Assembly: GCA_947496705.1 (NCBI GenBank)
Contig: CANMDW010000003.1
Coordinates: 217,622 to 281,621 of the forward strand
Direction: 5' to 3'
Source of the DNA: an uncultured Aquimarina sp.
GTDB taxonomy: Bacteria > Bacteroidota > Bacteroidia > Flavobacteriales > Flavobacteriaceae
DNA length: 64,000 bases
Shown here: positions 38,201-47,856 of the stretch, piece by piece
Layout: each line of letters starts with the position of its first letter
Numbering within the stretch: position 1 is the stretch's first letter
Program-made: the position numbers and the translations under genes
The notes under the pieces: model-generated
The model's input: the letters and a program-made list of their open reading frames with translations, nothing else
Told to the model about the DNA's origin: nothing
The model's database searches: none

Positions 38201-39917
38201 TGGGTGCTAACCACTCTTTTTCACCACTAAATCTGAATGTAAATAAAGGGGTATTTAAAACTCTAACCTCAGATTCTAATGGATTAAAAAGGGCTTGTAT
38301 GTCATTCTGAAGTGCCTGCGAGAAAATTTCCGTATTATCTTCTGGGTTTGTTGTGACCAGAAACGCATCTAAATCCTCTTTGAAGATGACATCATTCTTC
38401 TTTTTTTCAATAAGATTTTTAAAACTTTTTTGGGCCAGAGCTACTTGGGCAAAACCTTCTGGCAGTAAATTTTCGAAACTGTTAAAAATAGTATCTGTAA
38501 CGGTATATGCTGTTTTAATATCGTATATACCGCTTACTTCTTCTATAAAATTGTAATCTGCTTTACATTTTAGCAGGATATTAACTGTTCTTTCTCCTTC
38601 TTGCAGCAATAACACCGGTGAGGCCAACACAAATCCCAAACGTGCCTTTGGGTGTGGTTGGGCTTCATCATTTCCTTCTTCTTTATATTTACTGAATTTG
38701 GACCCTAAAGTAGCCCAGTTTACCGGCTGTTCTTTTTCAAATGCTTTTCCCAGTCCGTCTGAAGAGTTTGCTACTGGAGCTGTATATACTCCTTCTATAT
38801 ATGATGTTGAATGATCTCTTACGGTATGCAGAGCAACGGTACGCACATCTTTTATTTGTGCCTTATCGATAATAATTTCCTGATCCAATCCAAACTGGAT
38901 ATCCTGGTTATTGCTATCCTTGCCATTTTTAAGCAACAGGCCTTCCTGCAAGGGATATTCATTAAGATGCTTGGCAATTTCGAAAACTATATGGGCTTTG
39001 TCTGGTACCGCTGCTTTTGGAATAATTTTCAGCACTCGCTCGTAGAAAAAATCCAAATGTTTTGTGCTCAGTTCATTGATATTTCCCTGCAGGTGATTAA
39101 ACAACTCCAGAAAGGTAAAAAGTAGTGCCAGATGAGGTTGATGCTTCTTTTGTAAGGACTCTTCCAAAGGACGTAAGCTTTCTTCAATAAAATCGGGTGC
39201 CGTTTCTACAATATCTCTAAAACCACCCAGGAATTGGTAAAATATGGTATTTAATTGCTCTGCTGCCTTCAGGAAAGCTTCTTTATGTCCTTTTTTAACT
39301 TTCTTTATACATATATTAAAAGCATATATTTCATCGACTTTTAACTGCCAGGGTGGTGCCATATATTCCATAAAACTTTCTTTGCAAACGCATAAAAAAG
39401 TTACGCTGGCATTATATATTGAAATGAATGATTTTAATGGCTCTATAAAAGATGATTTTAAGATTCCCAGAAGTGGAGTGGTAAAACTATTCTGCGCAGC
39501 CTCTACTACTTTGAACAGCGTTGTTATTGGCACAATTATTTTGTTTAGCACAAAATGCAACAGGGATTCCAGTGATTGTTTTGAAGGGTTTTGTTTTGCC
39601 TCATTATATAGCAGTATAAACTGCTTATCCAAATCATCGATTGATATTTTACTTAATACCGCCAATTGAAAAGGTAAACTATTTTTAAAGAAACCCGACC
39701 AATTGTCTAATTCCTGATATTCACCTTCTCTATCATTTTTGGCATATTCATAGAAATTAATTTGTAATGCATATTTGCTTATGATGTTAAGCCTATCTGC
39801 CAGAGTTTTCCCGTCTATGGGTGCTATATCAGCTTGTAATGCCCCGATAACACGGGTTCTTTGACTGGTCCCTGTTCGGTTTTTTAAGGGATGTGATATG
39901 TTGGATGGTTTCTTCAT
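35277..39917 (-). CDS. Baseplate J-like wedge (Afp11-like) with an acidic helical insert
   Basis: PHLALLFTF, HLDFFYERVL, PDKAHIVF, LGFVLASPVLLLQEGER, DETDGL..SGI, PSFGGR..E, RVSEHLKHKGRA. Confidence 0.9.
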   Translation of the reverse strand: MKKPSNISHPLKNRTGTSQRTRVIGALQADIAPIDGKTLADRLNIISKYALQINFYEYAKNDREGEYQELDNWSGFFKNSLPFQLAVLSKISIDDLDKQFILLYNEAKQNPSKQSLESLLHFVLNKIIVPITTLFKVVEAAQNSFTTPLLGILKSSFIEPLKSFISIYNASVTFLCVCKESFMEYMAPPWQLKVDEIYAFNICIKKVKKGHKEAFLKAAEQLNTIFYQFLGGFRDIVETAPDFIEESLRPLEESLQKKHQPHLALLFTFLELFNHLQGNINELSTKHLDFFYERVLKIIPKAAVPDKAHIVFEIAKHLNEYPLQEGLLLKNGKDSNNQDIQFGLDQEIIIDKAQIKDVRTVALHTVRDHSTSYIEGVYTAPVANSSDGLGKAFEKEQPVNWATLGSKFSKYKEEGNDEAQPHPKARLGFVLASPVLLLQEGERTVNILLKCKADYNFIEEVSGIYDIKTAYTVTDTIFNSFENLLPEGFAQVALAQKSFKNLIEKKKNDVIFKEDLDAFLVTTNPEDNTEIFSQALQNDIQALFNPLESEVRVLNTPLFTFRFSGEKEWLAPTPENVTVFIASVSNIFDFKIQIDFELDFPAVTFFSEENLEEKIDVQESLPVVKIELNEFSYIKKDPTSFPPDPCDLKKQPKSDSETIKFSPYHFFRQFGLLDARINVNVCGMKDLIVQNDEGALDINSQIFPFGLRPNVPAFDPMNQAVLNPDPNSPPVNEEVALLGQSFYIGSKEILFKKWNAVRVNMEWKDKPTSFHDYYKAYLKTVPDPDPEPEEQNFGLDEEKFQVKIDQLNDGSWFDIEKQELFKTTADDFESLICDTTFYGWEVKNNNLNRRFVDYDQPIDFFKNSQNGFLRFTLADQDFLHREYPFVLARQMLAYAYSSQNVKLTDAIYINGTNKTVITARLDFFNDSGGVNNSLDAAKGSADSAKQGVEDLITFINDDKPAALATIQTIRDRIADVKQYIQGDLASFQGDLEGVTDLDQIGGLVTDFLIKKNAVEEFNDDSDEAAVTATDAIDAFITDILGQVNGTDGIEDQVENVITALDQLDVALGDTNILEFLQNEAYQALIPNEPWTPTIKNLFVDYSATAEKEDMHIIHLHPFENTSKLEDINDTPTLFPFIDKEGTLFIGIENLIPGGNLSILFQLAEATANSEMDRAEIDWHYLKNNNWEILKPDFDIISDETDGLTVSGIVTIAVPADMNRIGNTLMPDGLYWIRLTTPVNAMAVAETIGIHTQAANASARLGELNDTSRLEGALAEGSISKLVEGDFSIKKVTQLYPSFGGRRPEAEGHFYVRVSEHLKHKGRALMINDYEKIVLEGFPEIYKAKCISHTMGLSAIEYQRDLEIAPGYVIVTVIPDLTKLMAGNQLEPKAPVSLLEKIADHLRKKNSPFARIKVMNPRYEYIDVTISVRLYRGKSENFYKQKLKEDLTNLLAPWFLGGSEKIAFGQSLLFSDVVGFVEKLDYVDFIVNLELNGEGAQKGAVIKPLTARSILTAGKISVTIDEEKCLDQTGSDNPSYQTLSSTLNDQN

Positions 39918-39928
39918 CTACTTAATTT

Positions 39929-40375
39929 TTATATCCCTTGATCTGCTTCTCTAAGATAGAAATCATATACAAAATTGTATCTTGTGTTGGTCCCTTCAAT
40001 CTGGTAATGTACAGTGATTCGCAGTAATCCTTCAATCAATTCAAAAGAATCGGCTTCAGTAATATCAATTCTTTCCAGTTTTATTCTGGATTCATAATAT
40101 AAAATAGCGCGTTCTACCAGATCTTTTAAAAACCCTATTAATGAGTTATCTATACTTTCGAACTGATAATCTTTAAGATTGCAACCATAATCTGCTTGCA
40201 TCACGCGTTCTCCCAGACTGGTAGAAAGCAATATCTCTAAACTTTGCTCGATATCTTTTTCGGCACTCACCATCGTTGTGGTTTCACTTTTTTTATCAAA
40301 AGAGGGTGGAAAAGACCATCCTGTGCCTAAATATGCTTTATTATTTGTATTCATTCTTTCTTTTTTATCCTCCAA
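39929..40375 (-). CDS. gp25/GPW-like baseplate protein (Afp9-like)
   Basis: LGTGWSFPP, DIEQSLEILLST..GERVMQADYGC, YE.RI, TNTRYNFVYDFY. Confidence 0.92.
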   Translation of the reverse strand: MEDKKERMNTNNKAYLGTGWSFPPSFDKKSETTTMVSAEKDIEQSLEILLSTSLGERVMQADYGCNLKDYQFESIDNSLIGFLKDLVERAILYYESRIKLERIDITEADSFELIEGLLRITVHYQIEGTNTRYNFVYDFYLREADQGI

Positions 40376-40655
40376 TCATTACGGTTGGAAAGCCTTGAAC
40401 GATAACTCCTGCATGTGCGGTGGTATCTCCTATTCGTGCTGCAGGTTTACCTCCAATTAAAACGGTTCCCGAACCTTTGACAATCACATCAGGAGGTCCC
40501 ACACATACGCACATGTCCCCAACTACTGCTGCGGGTTGCCCACCAATTAACACGGTGGGTACCGATGGCCCTGCTATAGGCCCACCTACATGAGGGACTA
40601 CTCCTGTGACTGCCGGACAGGTATGCATATCTGCTATTCGTGCTGCTGGTGGCAT
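40365..40655 (-). CDS. PAAR spike-tip protein (Afp10-like)
   Basis: PAARIADMHTC, QPAA, KPAARIGD..AH. Confidence 0.95.
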   Translation of the reverse strand: MPPAARIADMHTCPAVTGVVPHVGGPIAGPSVPTVLIGGQPAAVVGDMCVCVGPPDVIVKGSGTVLIGGKPAARIGDTTAHAGVIVQGFPTVMIGG

Positions 40656-40669
40656 TATCGTATTTTTTA

Positions 40670-42460
40670 TTAATTAATATTTACTAAAGACCCTTTGATC
40701 TCTGTGATTCCGTCTGCTGAAACTTTGGTGGTTGCTCCTTTTATTTCCATGCTGGCATCTGCGGTAGCCGATATCTTTTTTGCCTCCAGGGTCATATTCA
40801 TTCCTGCTTTGATATTTATATTTCCTGTGGCTTCAATCTTAATATCTCCGGGGCTATTTACCGAGATCCCATCAGGGTCCATTACCGCTATATTTTTGTT
40901 TTGATCTTCTATGGTAATCGAGGTAGTATCCTCATCCAGTACAATTCTATTTCCTGCCGGGGTATCTATGGTTATAGTTTTGGTTTCATCGTGAAAATGC
41001 AACCGCATTCCCGAGCGGGTAAAAATCCCTTTTTCGTGATTTACATCCTGTGCTGTTATGGGTGCTGGTTTTGCACTACTGTTTACCATGCCCAAAACCA
41101 CTGCATCACGAGGATCATCATTGATGAATCCTACGATGACTTCATCTTCAATTTCAGGGAGGAAAAAAGAACCTCTCCCTGCTACTCCCTGATCTGCTGT
41201 ACCTGCATCTAAGGTTGCAATACGTGCCCATACTCCTCTTGCCGAGTTATCAACAATCGGTAGTCTTACCAATATTCTGTTTTCACCTTCGGGATCATCT
41301 TGTAGTTGTACCACTTTTCCTATTTGTAATCCATTGATTGCAGGAACTAATCCTGAAGCTTTTATGTCTATAATGTCTTTATTGATCTGCGAAAAACAAT
41401 CGGGTTTTAATCCAAATTGTACCTGCGTATACCAGGATCCGTTATATACATCGTGCCGTATGGCCGAAACATAGGCTTTACCGGCAAATCTGGCTCCTAA
41501 GCCTTGTAACTCTATCAATTGCCCGGGCTTGATCTCTCCAAAACCGATAAATTTTGCCCGGCCGCGAATTTTTGCCAGCCTGCTGGTTTGCATCCTGGAT
41601 TTGGTCCATTCCTGTAATTCTTCAACGATAGCCTGACCAGAATGCCTAAGTTCAAATTTTTCCGGGCTTATGGTTCCTGCCAGTTGTTGCCCTTCTACAT
41701 TTCCCAATTCATTGATCGGCACACTATCTGTGACATGTTCAAACAAGGTTTGCCCTCCATAATCCCATGATTTTGCTTCTACCGATTTCCATTGATGCCG
41801 GGCATCCATTTCGGCTTCAAAATCAATTAATGTAGATCCAAACAGTACTGCTACTGCAGCATCTTCGCTGGTTTCTGGCGCTTTTATATTCACTTTACCA
41901 TCATCGACCATCACCAACTTTGCGTTGGCTTCGGCTCGTAGTAATAAAAAATCCCAATCGGTAACATGGTATTGTACCATTTCGAGATGGGTGATACTTG
42001 TTGCCTCAACTTCTTTACCTAATCCAGAATACCTGCCGATCACTTCTTCCATGATCTCGCTATCTTTTTTCTCTTCGTAGTAGTAATTATGTCTTCCTAT
42101 TGTCATTTTTACCACTTCGTCCCTACAATCCAGAATCAGTTCTGTTTCGCCACTTTCTTTGACCTTTATAGCATGCTTTATAATAATGCCTTTAAACAAT
42201 TGGTTGTTTTTATTGTCACGACCAATTTTTACTGTAATAGATTTACCAGGTAAGAACTCTTCTTTTTCACTTATCGTAAAAGTTTCTTCAGCAGCATCCC
42301 CATCTTTCATGATGATTCTTGCAGTAGGTATTTTATTTATTTCTTTTGAAATAGATATAGACGTTACCTGATAGCCAGGATCTACCAGTTTACCATCTAT
42401 CACCAAATCAAATGTTGCAACGTTATACGATACATCTACTGGTATTTCTCTATCTTTCAT
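40670..42460 (-). CDS. VgrG-like spike/hub (Afp8-like)
   Basis: QYHVTDWDFLL.RAE; GLQIGKV..DPEGENRI.V; PEIEDEVIVGFINDDPR..VVLG. Confidence 0.92.
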   Translation of the reverse strand: MKDREIPVDVSYNVATFDLVIDGKLVDPGYQVTSISISKEINKIPTARIIMKDGDAAEETFTISEKEEFLPGKSITVKIGRDNKNNQLFKGIIIKHAIKVKESGETELILDCRDEVVKMTIGRHNYYYEEKKDSEIMEEVIGRYSGLGKEVEATSITHLEMVQYHVTDWDFLLLRAEANAKLVMVDDGKVNIKAPETSEDAAVAVLFGSTLIDFEAEMDARHQWKSVEAKSWDYGGQTLFEHVTDSVPINELGNVEGQQLAGTISPEKFELRHSGQAIVEELQEWTKSRMQTSRLAKIRGRAKFIGFGEIKPGQLIELQGLGARFAGKAYVSAIRHDVYNGSWYTQVQFGLKPDCFSQINKDIIDIKASGLVPAINGLQIGKVVQLQDDPEGENRILVRLPIVDNSARGVWARIATLDAGTADQGVAGRGSFFLPEIEDEVIVGFINDDPRDAVVLGMVNSSAKPAPITAQDVNHEKGIFTRSGMRLHFHDETKTITIDTPAGNRIVLDEDTTSITIEDQNKNIAVMDPDGISVNSPGDIKIEATGNINIKAGMNMTLEAKKISATADASMEIKGATTKVSADGITEIKGSLVNIN

Positions 42461-42550
42461 ATTTTTGAATTCATTATTTTTTATCCCGATACCTATCGGT
42501 ACGCCAACACTTATTTGCGGTCATTATCAACTTACATGTTATGGCTCGTT

Positions 42551-43252
42551 TCATACGCCTGTTTTGTCTAATGGCGGAAAAACTAATTCTACTCCCGGAG
42601 TAACTTTTCGAAAAGAAGTTAGGCCGTTGGCTCTTGCGATTTGCGTGGTGAACTTAGCATCATTATAAATTTTGTATGTCATTAAGTCCAGTCTGTCTGC
42701 GGCCTTCACTTGCCTGACCTGCGTGAGGTCTGGAGATTCTTTCTTTTCTCTGGCTACCCGTTCTTTTTGAGCTATGTAGTTTAAAAAAGTGGCACTTACT
42801 TTAATCCTAAGTGGATCTCCATTGGGTTTAAAAAGGTTATAATTAAGATCCAGATTAGAAAGAATACAAGGAAACATGAACTCCCCCCATTGCACCTGCA
42901 GAAAATGAGGGCGGTGTATTTCGCCATTCATACTATACACGGCATTCATAAAAATTTTCAGTTCTTCTTTTACAGAACCGCTACCGTTATATTTGTACCC
43001 TTCGATGGTATTGGTACCATCAAAAATGAAATCCAGCTTCAATTCTTCTGGGGCAGTAGCTTTATAATCTGGATTCGTGCCCTGATTCCCTTGCCCTTGC
43101 TGCTGGTTGAGCTCTACTTTAAAATTCTGCGTAAAGCTTTCTGGGTTAATCGGCAGTGAAATCGGATTAGGACTGATCGCAGACTTTGTCTGAAAACCCT
43201 CATCGTCATATGCATGGATTAAAACTTTTATTAACTGGCCGGTTTCTTCCAT
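42551..43252 (-). CDS. Tube initiator with C-terminal LysM-like domain (Afp7-like)
   Basis: INPESF, L.LDFIFDGT, W..FMF.C....L.LNY.LF.PNG.PLR, DRLDL...IY...IARANGL. Confidence 0.88.
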   Translation of the reverse strand: MEETGQLIKVLIHAYDDEGFQTKSAISPNPISLPINPESFTQNFKVELNQQQGQGNQGTNPDYKATAPEELKLDFIFDGTNTIEGYKYNGSGSVKEELKIFMNAVYSMNGEIHRPHFLQVQWGEFMFPCILSNLDLNYNLFKPNGDPLRIKVSATFLNYIAQKERVAREKKESPDLTQVRQVKAADRLDLMTYKIYNDAKFTTQIARANGLTSFRKVTPGVELVFPPLDKTGV

Positions 43253-43413
43253 TATCTTTCTGATTTTTCTTTTATGATTTCAAAAACCTTATCGACAATT
43301 TCATTGATACTGGATTCTCCCATTTTACCGGTCGTTCTGCTTTGACCAGCGGTGCTACTGTTTTTATTATTCACCGTTGCTTTGATGATCAATTCTCTGA
43401 TTTCTAATGGCAT
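43252..43413 (-). CDS. Small DUF5908/Afp6-like protein (53 aa)
   Basis: Missed by the ORF track; MPLEIRELIIKATV...IVDKVFEIIKEKSER; TAATG overlap with the next gene. Confidence 0.8.
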   Translation of the reverse strand: MPLEIRELIIKATVNNKNSSTAGQSRTTGKMGESSINEIVDKVFEIIKEKSER

Positions 43414-43426
43414 CTCACTATCATTT

Positions 43427-43879
43427 TTAACTTATTCCTACTAGTTTGAAATGGTTATAATTAAGTTCTAAGGTCTCGATTAGCACTGCACCTTTCTCGG
43501 CATTGAGTTCTCCTATTTTCCAGCTTACGGGCCAAACATGAGAGAGTTCCCATTGCATAAGTATATTGTGGTCTTCGTTGAGCAATTCGATGTCAACACG
43601 GCTAAGAGGAGTAATTTCTAAATCTTGAAAAGCTTTCTGGCACCATGTTGTTAAGCCAGAGTCTTCTGGTTTAAGAACCCCTCTTTTTAATGTTAATGTG
43701 GTATATTTTCTCCTACCCGGGAGACTATGTTCAAATCTGTTTTCGCCTCCTTCTTTAAGGCTTTCTTTTTCAATTTGAACATCTAATCCGGTAATGGATT
43801 GAAATTGGATATCAACTTCTTTCTCATCGGGTAAATCAAAAAAAAACACTCTGAAATGAAAACCAACTATTTGGTGCAT
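43427..43879 (-). CDS. Tail tube protein, gp19-like (Afp5-like)
   Basis: GFHFRV, F..ITGL, EGGENRF, LTLKRG, WPVSW, IETLELNY. Confidence 0.92.
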   Translation of the reverse strand: MHQIVGFHFRVFFFDLPDEKEVDIQFQSITGLDVQIEKESLKEGGENRFEHSLPGRRKYTTLTLKRGVLKPEDSGLTTWCQKAFQDLEITPLSRVDIELLNEDHNILMQWELSHVWPVSWKIGELNAEKGAVLIETLELNYNHFKLVGIS

Positions 43880-43907
43880 TGTACCTAATTATATAATTAT
43901 AAAAATC

Positions 43908-44375
43908 CTATTTAGTTTCCAGTATGGTTAATCCTTCATGTACCAGCTCCATGGTTTCGATAGCTACCTCATTGGCGTCTGCTTTGAGATCGGTAGATTG
44001 TACTTTACTTGGCCATGCGTTTTCTAGAATCCATGTGATAATAGGCTCGTGATTCTCATCCAATAGTTTGATGGTAACTGCTCTTCTATATATGGATCCG
44101 GTATCATTACCTTCCTGGAAGAAATATGTTTTTTGCCATTCTGTGAAGAAGTCAAAATCACCTTGAAATGTTCCTCGTTTAAGGGTAATGTTACTGTACT
44201 TGGTAAGCCCGGGTTGTTTTGTTTTGTTGTATTTTTTACTACTACCTTCTCTGTATTCTATGACTTCGGTCTCGAAATCCAATCCACTTACTTCAGTGAA
44301 TCCGATACGAAAATTATCGCCCCATTCTACCTGAAAATGAAACTTTGGTAATGGATAGTCTCCTATTGCTGCCAT
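43908..44375 (-). CDS. Tail tube protein, gp19-like (Afp1-like)
   Basis: YPLPKFHFQVEW, FTEVSGL, EYREG, PG..KYSNITLKRG, AWPSK, DLKADANEVAIE. Confidence 0.95.
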   Translation of the reverse strand: MAAIGDYPLPKFHFQVEWGDNFRIGFTEVSGLDFETEVIEYREGSSKKYNKTKQPGLTKYSNITLKRGTFQGDFDFFTEWQKTYFFQEGNDTGSIYRRAVTIKLLDENHEPIITWILENAWPSKVQSTDLKADANEVAIETMELVHEGLTILETK

Positions 44376-44415
44376 GTTTTTGTTTTTTTAGTTTTTATAG
44401 TTTAATTTTTTGAAA

Positions 44416-45429
44416 TTATTTTGCACTCTCTGCGGCCTCTGCGGCATTAATTGCTTCAGAAAGGCTGTTTTTATGAGACAAAACTTTATCGCTTTTCTTT
44501 TTGCTTTGTACCCAAATTTCTTCAAGAGTTTTTGTTTTTTCAACTGCTTTTTCAAGTCCTTTTTCCAGGTCTTTATAGTAATCACTGGCATGGATAGGGA
44601 ATTTTGGCATTGGCTTGGCTTTTTTATCATCGCAAGGATATTTGTAGCTATAATCTTTGTCATGAGTTTTCTTGCGTGATTTTTTGGTGCTTGCACTTTT
44701 GTCATCATCATCGTCGTCGTCGTCATGGTCATGGTCATTATCACCATAATCATCATCGTCATCATCACAATGTTCATCACCTGGATAATCGCCTTTGAAT
44801 ACATCGAGTATGCCTTCGAGCTTCTCTTCAAGGCCGTCGTCTGCACAGATGGCCGAAGATAAAAGGTGTGCATACTTCAAGGTTTCTAGCAAATGGGTTA
44901 AAATGGCGTCCTGCATATCGCAAACCAGGATGATCTTTTGTTCATAAGTCTCGATACATACTATCACCTCTGCTTTATCTTCATCGTCTACACTAGTAAG
45001 GCATTCGATGGCTTTTTTGAAGTAGGTGATCTTGTCTTTTAATCCTTCTTTATTTTGATCATAGGTAAAAAAGCAATCAAAAATCGATTTTACCAGTCCC
45101 ATGAGTTTTTCGAGGGCCTCGGTTGTGCATTTAGAATTTTCACATACTATTTTGGTTTGCTCCAAAAAGAATTCGAGTTCTTTTACAATAATTTTTGCTT
45201 TTTCATCGCTTAATTTGATGATCTCATTCCAGTTTTTAAGTTTGGTTTTCCAATTTAATGAGTTCTCGTATTCTTCCTTATGCTTTGAAGTTTTGGCACT
45301 CAACTCGCTATATTGATTGCAGACTTCTTCTAACTGTTCTTTCCATTTGTCGAGGCAGTCTTGTGCATCCGGATCGTCATTGCCTCCTCCATCGTAGCAG
45401 CAGGCATTATTTATCATAAATTTTGTCAT
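44416..45429 (-). CDS. Cys-rich coiled-coil protein with an Asp/His tract, function unknown
   Basis: Helical heptad character, 13 Cys, DEHCDDDDDDYGDNDHDHDDDDDDDD; co-oriented in the operon. Confidence 0.8.
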   Translation of the reverse strand: MTKFMINNACCYDGGGNDDPDAQDCLDKWKEQLEEVCNQYSELSAKTSKHKEEYENSLNWKTKLKNWNEIIKLSDEKAKIIVKELEFFLEQTKIVCENSKCTTEALEKLMGLVKSIFDCFFTYDQNKEGLKDKITYFKKAIECLTSVDDEDKAEVIVCIETYEQKIILVCDMQDAILTHLLETLKYAHLLSSAICADDGLEEKLEGILDVFKGDYPGDEHCDDDDDDYGDNDHDHDDDDDDDDKSASTKKSRKKTHDKDYSYKYPCDDKKAKPMPKFPIHASDYYKDLEKGLEKAVEKTKTLEEIWVQSKKKSDKVLSHKNSLSEAINAAEAAESAK

Positions 45430-45459
45430 AATTATTTTTTTCTTGATTATTGGTATTCA

Positions 45460-46368
45460 CTAATTTTGATCTGCCGTTTGTCTTCTCTTACGTCGATTTT
45501 TACTTCTTTGATCGTAGTCACCATCAGTTTCATAACAATTTTTGATATCCTTGCACAGGTCGAGGCATTCATCTTCATACTCTCCTTCGCAAACAAATTC
45601 GATCACATCTCCCAAACCTTGTTTTTTGGTAGATTCTGCTTTTTTATCGCAAACGATTTGTGCCAATTCTTCTACCACTACATTGAGTTCTTCTCTACAG
45701 CCGATCACATCTGTCGAAGTAGATTGAATATTGCTATCGACGGTTCCTTTAAAATCTGTCATTGCCACACTTAATTGTGCAGCAAACTCTTTAAGGCTCA
45801 TCGTGTTGGTAAATGTTTGAATTCCTGCAATAGTCACCGCAGATTCAAATGCATTTTGCCCTTTTTCATCGAGCTCTTTGGTTTTGTGCATGATTTCATT
45901 GAGTTGCTCTCCAATCTCCACAATCTTATCGTCTTTGGTAGACTTTCCAGATTTTGGAAGGATCTTATTTTTAACACAATTTGACATGGCACAGGCTGCA
46001 TTATGTGCGTCTTCGATTTTAATGCGCATATCGTTTAACAGCTTTGAAGCATCTTTGATACGTTTTTCGATCTCATCATCTTCTTTAATATACTCGTCTA
46101 TCCTGCCTTTTATAATCTCTGTCTTTTTGTGATTGCTAATGGTAACACAGGTCATAATATCCTGGTATACTCCATGAGATTCTTCTGCCTTGTCTAGCGT
46201 ACATATTTTGTACCTGCGTGCTGCTTCTTTTGATTTTTGTAATGTGTGATTGGAAGCATAATTACTTTCTGCCGTTTTCTTATCTCTTTTAATGACTTTC
46301 AGGTTTTCACAAATCACCGTGTCGGCACTTCGTGAAGTACTAGTATCATTATTATTCTTGCTGGCCAT
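45460..46368 (-). CDS. Cys-rich coiled-coil protein, function unknown
   Basis: Helical, 11 Cys; directly downstream of the sheath gene. Confidence 0.8.
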   Translation of the reverse strand: MASKNNNDTSTSRSADTVICENLKVIKRDKKTAESNYASNHTLQKSKEAARRYKICTLDKAEESHGVYQDIMTCVTISNHKKTEIIKGRIDEYIKEDDEIEKRIKDASKLLNDMRIKIEDAHNAACAMSNCVKNKILPKSGKSTKDDKIVEIGEQLNEIMHKTKELDEKGQNAFESAVTIAGIQTFTNTMSLKEFAAQLSVAMTDFKGTVDSNIQSTSTDVIGCREELNVVVEELAQIVCDKKAESTKKQGLGDVIEFVCEGEYEDECLDLCKDIKNCYETDGDYDQRSKNRRKRRQTADQN

Positions 46369-46395
46369 ATTTGATAATTTTAATATTTATTGATA

Positions 46396-47793
46396 TTATT
46401 CAGATAGCATTTTATGGCTAAACCTTAAAATGATAAATTCTGCCGGCCTTACAACGGCCATTCCTATTTCTACGATCATTCGTCCTTCCCAGATATCTAC
46501 TTCGTCCATCGTTTCATTCAATCCTACTTTTACATAAAATGCTTGTTCTGGAGTAGTTCCCATAAGAGCTCCTGCTCTCCATTGTTGTACCAGAAAATTA
46601 TCGATCATGGATTTTACTCTGGACCAGGTATTTAGGTCATTGGGTTCGAATACAAATTGAATAGATGCTTTCTTTACCGATTCTTCGACCATATTAAAGA
46701 ATCTTCTTACGGGTACATAGCGCCATTCGTTGCTATTTCCTGCCAGGGTTCTGGCGCCCCAAATCACTGCAGGCCCTCTGCCTACAAAAGAGCGAATTAC
46801 GTTTACCGATTTACCAAAATCAACATCTACATTTAGGTTTTCCTGTTGTTGATCTGTAACTTTTATCATAGGCCTTACCACAAAATCGATACTCACATTG
46901 GCAGGAGCTTTCCACACACCTCTGGCATTATCCACAGTGGCATACTGACCAACTACCCCGGGTGACGGAGGCATCTCTAAAGGAAAGTCTCTTATGGTAC
47001 TTTGTGCCCTAAAATATGTTGCATTATTTGCTGTTTTCAGATCGGCCAATGACCCGCTAAAAGAACCTGTGATAATCACATTGGCATCGCCATCACCTTC
47101 TCCTCCATAATAATAATTAATAATTGTTTCCAGATTAGGAAAATAAGTAGCACCATATTTTAATATATTCTCCTCTGCACCTATAGCAGAAGAGCGCATC
47201 GTATCTATGTTGGCTAACAGATCGGGTTGTGTTGAATCTTGCCAAATATCCATCACTGTAAAACGATCTTTTAATTTTTCGCACATATCCATCGAGGCCT
47301 TAAAAAGGTTATAAAAATTTGCCGATAGTTCGATCCCCTGGGCATCTGGATATACGTATAATGTGATTTCATCTACCTTTTCGGTGGCATTAAGCCCGCC
47401 AACAAGCAGATCGAAATCAACCAATTTTGTAGTATAGTCACCAACTGAAACAATCCAGCAAGGGCCCCCTCCGTTTGCAAAAAACATTTGCATACCATAG
47501 TGCATCAGATACTTGGATCTGTCTTCGATCGAGGCCAAAACAGAAGTAGGATTATTAACATCACCTGCTATATCTACGGTAAGCCCGACCTCTATATCGG
47601 GAGCTCCAAAAAAACGCTCGTACTCTAACAAAGAGGTGATCCTCTTAGGCTCATTTAACAATGAATTGCCTCTTTCATCGGCTGCTTTTTCGGTGTATCC
47701 GATAAAAGCCGGAATTGCAGTCTCGACCTGGGCGATCGACGGTGGAAGTTTAGGAATTTCTTCTATATAAACTCCTGGTGTTTTGTAATTCAT
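46396..47793 (-). CDS. Contractile tail sheath protein (Afp2/3/4-like; single copy)
   Basis: YKTPGVYIEE, ETAIPAFIGYT, FFANGGG.C, RGVWKAPAN, WGARTLAGN..W.Y.PVRR, FVFEPN, VRPAEFI. Confidence 0.97.
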   Translation of the reverse strand: MNYKTPGVYIEEIPKLPPSIAQVETAIPAFIGYTEKAADERGNSLLNEPKRITSLLEYERFFGAPDIEVGLTVDIAGDVNNPTSVLASIEDRSKYLMHYGMQMFFANGGGPCWIVSVGDYTTKLVDFDLLVGGLNATEKVDEITLYVYPDAQGIELSANFYNLFKASMDMCEKLKDRFTVMDIWQDSTQPDLLANIDTMRSSAIGAEENILKYGATYFPNLETIINYYYGGEGDGDANVIITGSFSGSLADLKTANNATYFRAQSTIRDFPLEMPPSPGVVGQYATVDNARGVWKAPANVSIDFVVRPMIKVTDQQQENLNVDVDFGKSVNVIRSFVGRGPAVIWGARTLAGNSNEWRYVPVRRFFNMVEESVKKASIQFVFEPNDLNTWSRVKSMIDNFLVQQWRAGALMGTTPEQAFYVKVGLNETMDEVDIWEGRMIVEIGMAVVRPAEFIILRFSHKMLSE

Positions 47794-47856
47794 AATACTA
47801 TTTTTATAAAAAGTTTAATGTTAATTGTTTGTTGAACTTATCCAGAGCTTTGATAT

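Noticed and set aside
44388-44873. 161-aa minus-strand ORF with Met/Thr runs
   Set aside because: Alternative frame of the Asp/His tract of 44416-45429; low-complexity artefact.
44416-46368. Bipartite pore-forming toxin (YaxAB/XaxAB-like) call for the two coiled-coil genes
   Set aside because: Sizes fit, but neither protein has the long hydrophobic membrane segment expected and no sequence motif was recognised.
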